A stretch of DNA of 64,000 bases from the human T2T-CHM13v2.0 reference genome, Homo sapiens: assembly GCF_009914755.1 (NCBI RefSeq), contig NC_060940.1; one strand, written 5' to 3'. The position numbers and the translations under genes are program-made. The notes under the pieces are model-generated. The model saw only the letters and a list, made by a program, of their open reading frames with translations, was not told the DNA's origin and searched no databases. Positions within the stretch are counted from its first letter, which is position 1; the number at the start of each line of letters is the position of its first letter. Below, piece after piece: positions 1-24,985 of the stretch.

Positions 1-157
1 AGTAGAGCGCAAGAGAGCTGGTGTCAAGTGTTGTTGCGGAGGTCCAGAGGCTGCTTGGAGTTGAGAGGGACCAGGACATTCTGCCGGTGGGAAGAAGTCA
101 GTGGAGTTTTCACCTTTGAATAGGAGCAGAGTCTAAGCAGGTGAAAACAAAAGGGGA

Positions 158-12615
<12,458 letters not shown>

Positions 12616-15600
12616 CAGGAGGCCATATGTTAAATATGAGGAACCAGTTAAGCAAAGGAGTCCTGGTTGGGCAATGACTATTACTAAACCGAAGAGACAA
12701 TATGTCTAGAGGGTAGAGTAGGCAGTGGGGAGAAGGTTTTACTTCTCACCACTTATCTCAAAATGGCTGGTCCAACCCCTTTATCCTTGCTGGCCATGCC
12801 TCTCCCAAGACCAGCCTCCCTTCTCAAGCTTCCCAGTCCCTGGATTGGATTCCCACATTTTCTTCTTCCATGCAGGTGGCACTTACCTCTTAGGACCTGG
12901 TACAGAGCCTACCTTGAAGTGTTCTCTCCCTCTCCCAATCTTTTGTGCTTTGAGCGCCTGCAGCACCTCACCTTACTGTGTATTGTCTCATATTGTGCTC
13001 TAATAAATAACGCTTTTAAAATAAACTGAACCGTATTCAAGGACTGCAGTGTTTTTCTTTTGCATTTTTAGTCTGCCACAGTGTATATAGTAAATCCAGG
13101 CACCTTGTAAATATCTAGTCTGTCAAATCTCTAACCTTGATCAGAAAAATGGCCCCAGTTTCATCCCTCCCCTGTTCCTGCAGGGACACAGCCAAGTGTG
13201 GAACAGAAATATGGGGCAGAGGAGCCAGTATGGTGTGTGGATGTGGTCATGCACCTCACTCAGTAGAAGGGGCCACTCCTGCCTTCTTTAATATTCAAAT
13301 GTCATCCATCTCCTTAAGGCTCAACTCATTCAAGAAACAGAGATATAGTGTGAGTCAGGTACTTGCTGGACAATGGTGTTGTAGAATTTCAAAAACAACC
13401 AAAAGTATTATCCCTGCCCTCATAATGTGTACCATTTAACTAGGAAAACAAGCATTAAATAGATGAGTAGGTTTGTTTGAATAATGGTAGGTGTGCAGAG
13501 TGGTTTAAAGCACATGATAGGGAGGTTGACTCTCCAGTGGGGGATCAGAAGACTTCACTGGAGATCTGCTAACTGGCACCTGAAGTATGAAATGGAATTA
13601 GCTAAGGGAAATGGGAGGACAGAATGATACTCTTGAGGAATTTGAGTGAATCGGTTCAGCTATACCTAAGCAAACAAGAGAAGGGTACAGAATAAGCTGA
13701 AGCCTCTGTGAAACCTTCCCTCACTGCTCCAGCTAACTCAGCTCTGCTTTCGATGTCTTTTTGCACTAATTGTCTTTGCCATACTTTATTATATACTTTC
13801 TGAGACAGAAGTCTAACCAGGAATTAGCTAGATATGGTGGCATATGCCTGTAGTCCCAGCTACTCTGGAGGCTAAGGTGGGAGGATTACTTGAGCTCAGG
13901 CAGTTGAGGCTGCAGTGATTCATGATTGAGCCACTGGACTCCAAGCTGGGTGAGAGAGTGAGATCCTGTCTCCAAAAAAAAAGCCTAACCAAAAGTACAT
14001 AGCTCAAGGAGGCCATGGTCACAGGTGACTCATGGTTTAACAAAGCCAAGTGATTCTAGACAATCAGCTCTCTAGCATCAGAGCTGACAATTGGGAGGCA
14101 TGGGGCACCTCAGCCAGCCAGCCATGTGTCCATGGGATGGTAGAGGAAAAAGTGATTAGAGTAGGGTATGAGGCAGTGAAAGACCTTTGACCTAGCCGTT
14201 GTAATTTTAGCTAGCGAGCCAGGAGAAATCCTAGCATGTTTGCCCAAAGAATATTTATTACAGTAATGTTTACAATAGCAGAATACTGGAAATAATCACA
14301 GTACCTGCTGACAGGGACTGGTTCATTGATTCATTCAGCAAGTATTTTTTAAGTGCCCACTAGGTGCCGGGCGTTGTTCTGGGCACCAGGCATGTAACTG
14401 ATCAAGATAAAGTCCCTGTTCCCATGGAACTTACAGTGGAGAGACAGACAATAGGGTAACAAGCTAATATCTCCGATCATTGCTAGAAACACAAGTGTCC
14501 TTTTTATCGGAATCTGTTCTTGAGTTCAGGTGAAAAGAACTGGGCAGTGAGAGATAGCTGGACTAGCAGGAAAATTAAACACAAAATGCGATGGATAGTG
14601 GAGGTGCTAAGACAGCCTTCCCGAGGAGGCCATGCTTGAGATGATGCCTGAATAACTGGTTAACTAGTTGTCAACCATGTGGACATGCAGGAGGCTAGGG
14701 AATAACAAAAGGGCTGGGAACAAGTTTGATGTAGTCAAGGAACATCAAGATCAGCATGCGACAGCCTGGTGAGCCATGAGGGAATTGCATTTTACTCTCT
14801 TTTTTTGAGACAGTCTCACTCCGTCATCCAGGCTGGAGTACAGTGGCATGATCATGGCTCACTGCAACCTCTGCCTCCTGTACTCAAGTGATCCTTCCAG
14901 CTCAGCCTCCTGAGTAGCTGGGACTGTAGGCACACACCACCATGCCAGGCTAATTTTTTGATCTTTTGTAGAGATGGGGTTTTGCTCTATTGCCTAGGAT
15001 GGTCTCAAACTCTTGGGCTCCTGTAACAAAGGAAGTGAACCGGCTCAAGCGATCTGCCGGCCTTGACCTCTCAAAGTGTTAGGATTACAGGTGTGAACCA
15101 CCCGCGTGCCCTGTCGCATTTTATTCTTAATACGGCGAGGTGTTGTTGGTTTTAATCAGTGGGTACCTGTGATACAGGTGTACTGTGGAGTACTATGAAG
15201 CAGTTCAATAAGGTGCAATTATTCCACTATGCAAAGATCTCTAGGGTACATAGCTAAATCAAAAAGTAAGTTGTAGAACAATATGTATGGTATTTCATAA
15301 AACAAGATTCTGTGTTGGGGTGTGAGTATGGTTAAGTGGGTGGGTGGGGTGTTAATAAACATGAACAAGGGACTTTGTGTATACACCAAACTATTAAGAG
15401 TGGTTATTTCTGAAAGTAAAGTGGGATTGGTTATGGTGGTGAAAGAAGGTCATCACTTTTTACTACCCACTGTATTTGGATTTTGTAACAAAGAAAGTGA
15501 ATAGGCAGCAATGACTTGGTGATTGTATAAAAAGGCTTGGCTTTGAAAGAAACCAAGAAGATAGCTAGGTAGCAATACAGGTCTGCAGGACAAATTGCCC

Positions 15601-15748
15601 CTCATAACTTTCCTGCCTGACATACTAGATCCTTTACAAAATTATGTAAACAATAAGTTTATGTAACCCAACATTGCCTCCTCAATCTAACAAATGTGTG
15701 ATCACCACTTCTGATAGCTCCTGCAGTATGTTCCCAGCATTGCCTTAG

Positions 15749-15955
<207 letters not shown>

Positions 15956-16271
15956 TGATGGGCCTTTCCTTCCTTGGTTGCTATAGTGGTGGTGCCCAGA
16001 GCTTAGGTAACTGTGACCAGGGTGCTCAGGGGTCAGAGCTTGTTAATCTCATTGGGACCCAGTTTTATGGGGTTTTGAGCCTGCTCTTTAGGTAAAAGGT
16101 CTTTATTTTGCAAAACTGGAAATAGGCAATTTGATTGCATGACTCCTTAAGTTGCACCTTTTTTTTCCTTCAGAGTTCCTGAGGATCAAGGACTAGTACT
16201 GACTTGTCCTTAGGAGGGTTCTTTGTCCACTTGCACAAACAACCAAATCTTGTGTATTTACCCATGAGCAG

Positions 16272-16367
16272 GATATCAAGTTTCCAAGCCAGAGGTGATC
16301 TTCAAATTGGAGCAAGGAGAAGAGCCATGGATATCAGAGGGAGAAATCCAACGACCTTTCTATCCAG
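16272..16367 (+). CDS. ZFP90: ZFP90 KRAB-B coding exon (96 nt)
   Basis: gagcag|GA acceptor, CCAG|gtaaat donor; phase-1 continuation [32 protein letters not shown], a typical KRAB-B exon; not in the ORF track. Confidence 0.96.
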
Positions 16368-17370
16368 GTAAATGAGTGAGAGTCAGGCATTAGGAATGAA
16401 TGCAGTTAATGGCACAACTTAGGGAGGGGGAGATACCCTCCAGCAGCTGGCTTGCGATCTCCTAGATCTGCATAGGAGGCTGAAGCCATCGCCTGGCCGA
16501 CACCTTGTAGGTCTCTCTTCAAAAGGGTGCTCATGCTCTTGCTGGATTATTTTTCCTCTGGTGGCCTCTGATTCCCTTCATTAATTAGAGATCCCTTCTC
16601 TTACTCATTCAGAATTGAACTCCCATATTTCTTCCCTGAATTGAACTCCCGTATCTCTTTGTTGTGTTGATCTCCCCCATCTTTTCCTTGTTTAGTCTTG
16701 CTGCTTTCACTGTCAGATGCCCCAGACTTGTAGGAAACACCCACAGCCTTCCTTGATTCTCTCTCCCTTGATAACCTGCCTTCAGACTATGTGCCTTGCC
16801 ACCATCTTCCTTCCATCTCATGTTCATGCTGCTTTGACTCATTACCTCCCTCCACAGTTCTGTAGTATCCTCATCTCCCAGTTCCTCGCTTGTTAAGTGC
16901 TGCTTAGCTTTAGGTCTTTAGCTTTTCTTGCTTTTCTCCCTAAGTGACCCTGCCTTAAGGAACCTGCCTTCTAGCCTCCTTTCTTGATTACCTCCTTAAC
17001 AGAGTACCTGCCTCCTGGTAGTTGCAGCTCTTTATTCTATGCCATAGACTCAGAAGTCTTCCTTATTTGTACCATGGTTACTTTTATCCTTCTCAGAAGT
17101 CACATAGTTCATATTAAATACATAAAATCTAAATCCGTCACCTTTCATCCCCCACCAGTATGTTTTGCTACCTTGCCTATTTCTCATTTCTACCCTTGCC
17201 TATTAGAATCCAAAGGATTTTTAATTGCTCAGGCTGGATACCCTAATTAGTTTAGTCTTTTATTTCAACCCAGGTTGTTTTCTTCCTATGAGAAGTAGCT
17301 TAGATTTTCTTGCCTTTTAACTTCTACTGGTGGCACTGTAAACCAGGGCCCAGATTTTTAAATTAATTAA

Positions 17371-17602
<232 letters not shown>

Positions 17603-17899
17603 TGAGCTCAAGCAATCCACCCACCTTGGCCTCCCAAAGTTCTGGGATTACAAGCATGAGTGACCACACCAGCCTAATTTTTTTATTTTGAGACAGGGTC
17701 TTGCTCTGTCACCCAGGGTGCAGTGCAGTGTCTCTATCACAGCGCCCTGCAGCCTTGACCTCCTGGGCTCAAGCAATCCTCTTCCCTTTGCTTCCCAAAG
17801 TGTTGGGATTACAGGTGTGAGCCACTGCTGAGGTCCCAGATTTAGATTGCTATAATTTCCAGTTGGAATAGCTCACTCTGTTTTTTCTTTTTATAAATC

Positions 17900-18340
17900 A
17901 AATGGATTTTTAAAATTGTAGCTTTATTGAGGTATAATTCACATACCATGAGATTCACCCCCCTTTAGAGCATAGAGGTCAGTGGTTTTTTCATATATTC
18001 AGATAGTTGTACAAACAGCAACACTATCTAATTTCAGAACATTTTCCTCACACCAGCAAGAAATGTCATACCCATTAACAGTTACTCCCCATTCCCCACT
18101 CCTCTCAGTACCTGGTAACCATTAATCTAATTTCTATTTCTATGGATTTGTATATCCTGGATAGTTTGTATAAATGGAATCATATAATATGGCACTGGCT
18201 TCTTTCACTTAGCATGATGTTTTCAAGGTTCAATCATGTTCTAGCATGTATCAGTACATCATTCTTTTTTACCATTGAGGAATATTCCATTGTATGGATA
18301 TATCACATTTTGTTATTCATCAGTTGCTGAACCACACTGG
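17900..18340 (-). mobile_element. Old L1M 3' fragment, intronic
   Basis: ctttattgaggtataattcacataccat...tggcttctttcacttagcatgatgttttcaaggttca. Confidence 0.7.
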
Positions 18341-18345
18341 ATTGA

Positions 18346-18347
18346 TT

Positions 18348-18386
<39 letters not shown>

Positions 18387-18389
18387 TTT
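18346..18389. repeat. (TTTA)n microsatellite derived from an Alu tail
   Basis: About 10 tandem TTTA units directly abutting an antisense Alu. Confidence 0.9.
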
Positions 18390-18664
18390 TGAGACAGAAT
18401 CTCACTCTGTCACCCAGGTTGGAATGCAGTGGCTGTGATCTGAGGTCACTGTAACCTCCACCTCCTGGGCTCAAGCAGTTCTCATGCCTCAGCCTCCCAA
18501 GTAGCTGGGACTACAGGCACGCACCAACTCGCCTGGCTAGTTTTTGTATTTTTAGTAGAGATGGGGTTTCTACTAAACTGCTATTGGCCAGCCTGGTCTC
18601 AAACTCCTAGCCTAATATGTTCATCCCACCTCAGCCTCCCAAAGTGCTGGGATTACAAGCCTGA

Positions 18665-19012
<348 letters not shown>

Positions 19013-20861
19013 TAATGCTTTATCTTCTTAAAATTTCTGACAAACCATTGCTATTACTCTCTGTACTTTACTATAGAAAATAGAAACTCCCTGATTTAAA
19101 AGTTCCCTATCATACTTCCAGTATTATCCTTCTATTCCTGCTAAAACAGATCCCCTTAGGTTGAACTTCTCTTAATATTCTCTGTATGCAGCATATCTTT
19201 TTCCTCATTAGGCAATATATTCTGCCTATCCAAAGCCATTTGTTCTTTGAGTTCAAAATCTATCTAATCCATGAGATGTGATATATACTAATATTTATTT
19301 CTTCCTTTCCTGACAACAAATATCATTTATATCATCTACACTATAAAAACTCAGATTTAATAATATGCCATCTGATGGTTTTACCCTTTTCTAGTTGCCA
19401 AAAGATTGTCTTGTTTCTCCTCAAGCTCTGTTTATTATGGTATTTTAATATATTTTATCTGTGTGGCAGAGCATATAGAAAGCAATCAGAACATACTTGA
19501 CTGATCAGTAAGAAATCTGGTTAGCAAGAAAACTTTTCTCATTTAATCATTTCCACAAGCATTTTTTGCATGTCCCACTGAGAACAATTCTTAAAAAAAT
19601 TACAAGGCATTCTCTGTCCTCAGGAGTTGAGTTGATTCTTATTGCAGGGTAAGGAGTTTGGGGATTTAGGGTCTTATTGTGATTTCCTCTTTCAACATTT
19701 TATTAGGAACATTTTCAAATAGGAAAGTTGAAAAAAATTTTACAGTCAATACCACATACCTACCACCAAGATTATCACATTTGTTGTTGTTAACATGTTA
19801 TTTTATTTGCTTTGTTAACATGTGTTTTATTTGCTTTATCATGTATTTCTTTAGCCATCTATCAATCCATCTTACTTTTTGATGCATTTCCAAGTAAGTT
19901 GCAGGCATAATTACATTTCACCCCTACACTTTTAGTATGTATGTCGTTAACTAGAATTCAATTTTTTTCAGTTTTTAAAAGAAAATGTTATATGCAGTGA
20001 AATGTACAAGTCTTATATGTACCATCCAGTTGGTTTTGACAAATGCATTCACTTGCCTAACCCAAATTCCTATTGACATAGAACATTTCCATCACTCCAA
20101 AAAGCTCTCTGCCCTTAGTTTTTAAAGGTTATCGTTCTTAAACCCTAAAAATCAATTTGCTTGTATCAGTGTTCTGAAGTAAAAACAGGGACTTAAAGAT
20201 CAATTTATTAGCCAGATTGAAACAAATTTTTTGGTCAAAGGAGGTAATTAGTGTAGAACCGGAGCTCAAATAGATGAAAACCACAGTACCAGTTGTAAAG
20301 ACAAAGATGATTTGCATCCTGATCAAGGACCTCCTTGATCTCCAAGGGTTATACTTTACAAACTGAGAAAATGCAGTATTTCAAATAATCTTTTCAGTTG
20401 TATCACTGGGTACAGATTTTCTCCGCAGCATTTGGAGACCTGGAACCTCAGAGTTGACAGTAAAGAAATTATGAAATGGATATATTAGGAAGACAGATTT
20501 TGTGGTGGTTTATAAAAGGATAGGAGGCATGGAGAGCATATAGGATCCTAAGATGGGCTGTGATCCTGTTCCATTTGTATCTGTGCCTAACACAGTCCTG
20601 CTCGCTTATTTCCTTATTTTCTAACCAACCCTCCTAGATGGGCTTTCCTCATTCTCTGGACTTACCACATACTCTGAATCTGCAGTCTTCGCTATCATTT
20701 CTTCACTTTTCCTTTTCTCCATTTTGGGTCGTCTTCTCAGGATACAGGAGTAATTTCAAAACAGAGTCATATGTAACTTATATGTCTTTCTTCATTCCTA
20801 CTCTAGCAGTGTATTTCAACAGGAAGGAATAGGGGACTTTTGTACTTTGGATTTCTTTCAG

Positions 20862-22516
20862 ACTGGAAGACCAGGCCTGAAGTCAAATCATCACATTTGC
20901 AGCAGGATGTATCAGAAGTATCCCACTGCACACATGATCTCTTACATGCTACATTAGAAGACTCCTGGGATGTTAGCAGCCAGTTAGACAGGCAACAGGA
21001 AAACTGGAAGAGACATCTGGGATCAGAGGCATCCACCCAGAAGAAAATAATTACACCACAAGAAAATTTTGAGCAAAATAAATTTGGTGAAAATTCTAGA
21101 TTGAACACCAATTTGGTTACACAACTGAACATTCCTGCAAGAATAAGGCCTAGTGAATGTGAGACCCTTGGAAGCAATTTGGGACATAATGCAGACTTAC
21201 TTAATGAGAATAATATTCTTGCAAAAAAGAAACCCTATAAGTGTGATAAATGTAGAAAAGCCTTTATTCATAGATCATCGCTTACTAAACATGAGAAAAC
21301 ACATAAAGGAGAGGGAGCTTTCCCTAATGGAACAGATCAAGGAATTTATCCTGGAAAGAAACACCATGAATGTACCGACTGTGGGAAAACCTTTCTCTGG
21401 AAGACACAGCTTACTGAGCATCAGAGAATTCACACTGGGGAGAAACCCTTTGAATGCAATGTATGTGGAAAGGCCTTCAGGCATAGCTCATCTCTTGGTC
21501 AGCATGAGAATGCTCATACCGGAGAGAAACCCTATCAGTGTAGTCTCTGTGGGAAAGCCTTCCAGCGCAGCTCCTCCCTTGTTCAACACCAGCGAATTCA
21601 CACTGGAGAGAAACCCTATCGATGTAATCTATGTGGGAGGTCCTTTAGGCATGGCACATCCCTCACTCAACACGAGGTCACACACAGTGGAGAGAAGCCC
21701 TTCCAGTGTAAGGAATGTGGGAAAGCCTTTAGTCGATGTTCTTCCCTTGTCCAACATGAGAGGACTCATACTGGAGAGAAACCTTTTGAATGTAGCATAT
21801 GTGGGAGGGCTTTTGGTCAGAGCCCATCCCTTTATAAACATATGAGGATTCATAAGAGAGGCAAACCTTACCAAAGCAGTAACTACAGCATAGATTTCAA
21901 GCACAGCACATCTCTCACTCAGGATGAAAGCACTCTTACCGAAGTGAAATCCTACCATTGTAATGACTGTGGGGAAGACTTTAGTCACATTACAGACTTT
22001 ACTGACCATCAGAGGATCCATACTGCAGAGAACCCCTATGATTGTGAGCAGGCTTTTAGTCAGCAAGCTATTTCTCATCCTGGAGAGAAACCCTATCAAT
22101 GTAATGTATGTGGGAAAGCTTTCAAAAGGAGTACAAGTTTCATAGAGCATCACAGAATTCATACTGGAGAGAAACCCTATGAATGTAATGAGTGTGGAGA
22201 AGCCTTTAGTCGACGCTCATCGCTTACTCAACATGAGAGAACCCACACTGGAGAGAAACCCTATGAATGTATTGACTGTGGGAAAGCCTTTAGTCAAAGT
22301 TCATCTCTCATTCAGCATGAGAGAACTCATACTGGAGAGAAGCCCTATGAATGTAATGAATGTGGGAGAGCCTTCCGAAAAAAAACCAACCTGCATGATC
22401 ATCAGAGAATTCATACTGGAGAAAAACCCTATTCTTGTAAGGAATGTGGGAAAAACTTCAGCCGAAGTTCAGCTCTTACTAAACACCAGAGAATTCATAC
22501 TCGAAATAAACTCTAG
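20862..22516 (+). CDS. ZFP90: ZFP90 terminal coding exon: spacer plus C2H2 array (13 intact fingers with TGEKP linkers, several degenerate fingers)
   Basis: atttctttcag|AC acceptor is phase-compatible with the KRAB-B exon (G|AC = Asp, DWKTRPEV...); ORF runs to TAG at 22514-22516 ending [10 protein letters not shown]; matches my recollection of human ZFP90. Confidence 0.96.
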
Positions 22517-24955
22517 GAACCGTGAAATTAAGGAATTTGCAGAATGCTTTAGCTAAAATGTTCTGATTCAGGATCAGAGGATTCTTAGAGAGCTTGGGAA
22601 TGTAATGAATTACGTGTGTGTTTATACGTTGTGTGTGGAGAAAACTGCCAGTAGACAGATTTTTTTTTTTTTTTAACATAAAGACACATTCTCAGATCTG
22701 ATTACAGACTAGTGTAAAAACAGCTACATGTATGTAGCTGGTTGGGGATGATATGCCTGTATGTTGGACTTTGCTTTTGAATATATGTATGCAGGATATC
22801 ATCAAGTTTCAACATCTTGACTTGTGACCCCCAATGTCAACAGCTTTTTTAAAAAACAAATTCCTGCAGTAATGACCAAAACCCATTTTAAAAATTGCTT
22901 GACAACTGCACTCAACTGCAGCTCTTACATTAACTTCACCATGGAAACCAGTTCCAACTCCAGGAAGTCACCATTCAAAGAATTAGATCAACTAGCCCAA
23001 CCACTTCATTGTACAGATGAAGACTGAAAGCCAAAGATGTGAAGTGGTTTCCACAGTATGATACAGCCTATAAGGGTAAAGCTGGGTTAAAAATGCAGGT
23101 TTCCTGGATTTGGGGCCCCATGGCCTTGCCAGTGAAAAGGTTATTTTTGGACTCAGAGGGCTTTAAAATAAATTTTAAGATGTATCAGATACACAAACAT
23201 TTAATGGGCACCTATGGGTTGGACACTTTGAGAATTCTTAAAAGTATAAGTGGGAGCAAAATGTATGCAAATTTATCACAAACTATTTAAAGCAACTTCT
23301 TGGAGGCTTACAAACCACAATTTAACAGAAACTGTAGATGGTTGAACTACTAGTGACTTTTTTCCCCTTTTCCCAGTTACAATTATACTTTCAGCTAACA
23401 TATGCCAGTTTCACAGAACTATTAAGTCCCCTTATTGTACTTTTTATGGCATGCCCATGAAAAAGCACTTTCTTAAGCCTACAGTATCAGATCAATGGGA
23501 AAACAACAGAAAACTAAGAGGAGAATTTTCCCGTTAATTTTCTTGCAGAAAAGTATAAGTCTAATTGCCCATTGCCATAAATTTTGTCTTGTACTCAGAG
23601 AAGCAACATGCACTGGCTCATTTTATGTGCAAAGAAAAGATTTCACCATTAAAAAAATTAACTTGGCTAGGTATGGTGTCTCACACCTGTAATCCCAGCA
23701 CTTTGGGTGGCTAAGGCAGATAGACTGCTTGAACCCAGGAGTTCAAGACCAGCCTGGACAACATGGTGAAACCCCATCTCTTTAAAAAAAAAAAAAAATC
23801 CAAAAATTAGCTGGGCATGGTGGCATGCAGTGGTAGTCCCAGCTACTCAGGAGGCTGAGGTGGGAGGATCACTGGAACCCGGGAGCAGAGACTGCAGTGA
23901 GCTGAGATCACACTACTGCATTCCAGCCTGAGCAACAGAGCAAGACACACACACACATCAATTTATTTTAGTTGTATAATGCTTTTCTATTAGTAAAGCA
24001 TCAGCTAAGCTTCAGTGGCCTGCTCCATCCCCTAATGACTCCCATGGGCTATCCTAAAGGAACTTCCAGAACCTTTGTTGGTGTGTTGACATTGACCATG
24101 CAGACCAATTTGGGCACAACTGGACATTGATTCCTTTTACACAAGAGCTGCCTCCCAAAGATAGATAAATTTTCCCAGCCCTAAATATGAATCATGGGGC
24201 AAGATATTGGTCGTATTGATGGTGAACCTTTCCTACTGGATTCTTTGCATGCCACATAGCAGGATTCATTGCCTTTCTCTCATCATGGATGGCATGCAGC
24301 AGCACCCAAGTATTCTTCATTCTTTGCAGGGAAAAAATTGTGCATGGGGGCTGAAATGTAGTATGTGTAGCTCAATTAGTCTCTCCTCTGTGATGCAAAA
24401 TGGAATATTCAATGGCAGATCTGCCCTTCTGAGATGCTGACCATCCAAAACACCTTGTTTATGGTGCACCATGATTAGCTCACACACAATGCCAAGGCTG
24501 TGCTTCTATTATCTGATACATAGTTTGACAATGGGTAATTCTACTCAGACCCTCCCTACTGATTGGCTAGGATGCCTGTCAGGAACTCATTATGCTACTG
24601 GTTGTTTGGGGATCCCCATAGTGGACTACTTTCAGGAATGGCATGAATTGTAACCAACTGAGTGCTGCCCCCACTGTTACGGAAGTTTATAAAACCTTAG
24701 TTCCAGAAGACCCAAAGGAGAGTACTGGTTTGTGTTTGGTGCTTGGCCTAGATCCAGCCACCACTCTGAAACTCATCACATCTTCATTGACAGGGAGGGA
24801 GCCCAGGACATATGTGTGGCTCATTGACCAGAAGGCTTTCTTAGTCCCAACAGCCATGAACCATGCACTTATGGATACCCAGCCTTTTAGGGCTACGTGA
24901 AATGCATCCTTGTAACATCATTGTATTCTTTCAATAAATAGCCTTCTGAGTTGAA
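22517..24955 (+). other. ZFP90: ZFP90 3' UTR (contains a MIR-like segment near 23000-23100 and a sense Alu at ~23664-23957)
   Basis: Follows the stop codon up to AATAAA at 24933-24938; the 3' end is approximate. Confidence 0.7.
23664..23957 (+). mobile_element. Old (AluJ-like) Alu in the ZFP90 3' UTR, with a (CA)n run replacing the A-tail
   Basis: ggctaggtatggtgtctcacacctgtaatcccagc...gagcaagacacacacacaca. Confidence 0.88.
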
Positions 24956-24985
24956 TGGGAGTCAGTTTGTCGTTTTCAATTTTCA
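24933..24985 (+). terminator. Polyadenylation signal with GU/U-rich downstream element
   Basis: AATAAA at 24933-24938, upstream TGTA motifs (24911, 24922), downstream gtcagtttgtcgttttc. Confidence 0.7.

Noticed and set aside
20840-20861. ORF-track start 'MYFGFLS' for the 558-aa zinc-finger ORF
   Set aside because: A TTG start inside the intron's polypyrimidine tract; the real frame enters by splicing at 20862
21236-22500. 84-bp periodic repeats (ACTGGAGAGAAACCCTAT...) superficially like a repeat-spacer array
   Set aside because: These are TGEKPY linker codons of zinc fingers, not CRISPR
21153-22556. Long alternative-frame and antisense ORFs overlapping the finger exon (230, 177, 125 aa)
   Set aside because: Expected shadow ORFs of repetitive C2H2 codon patterns
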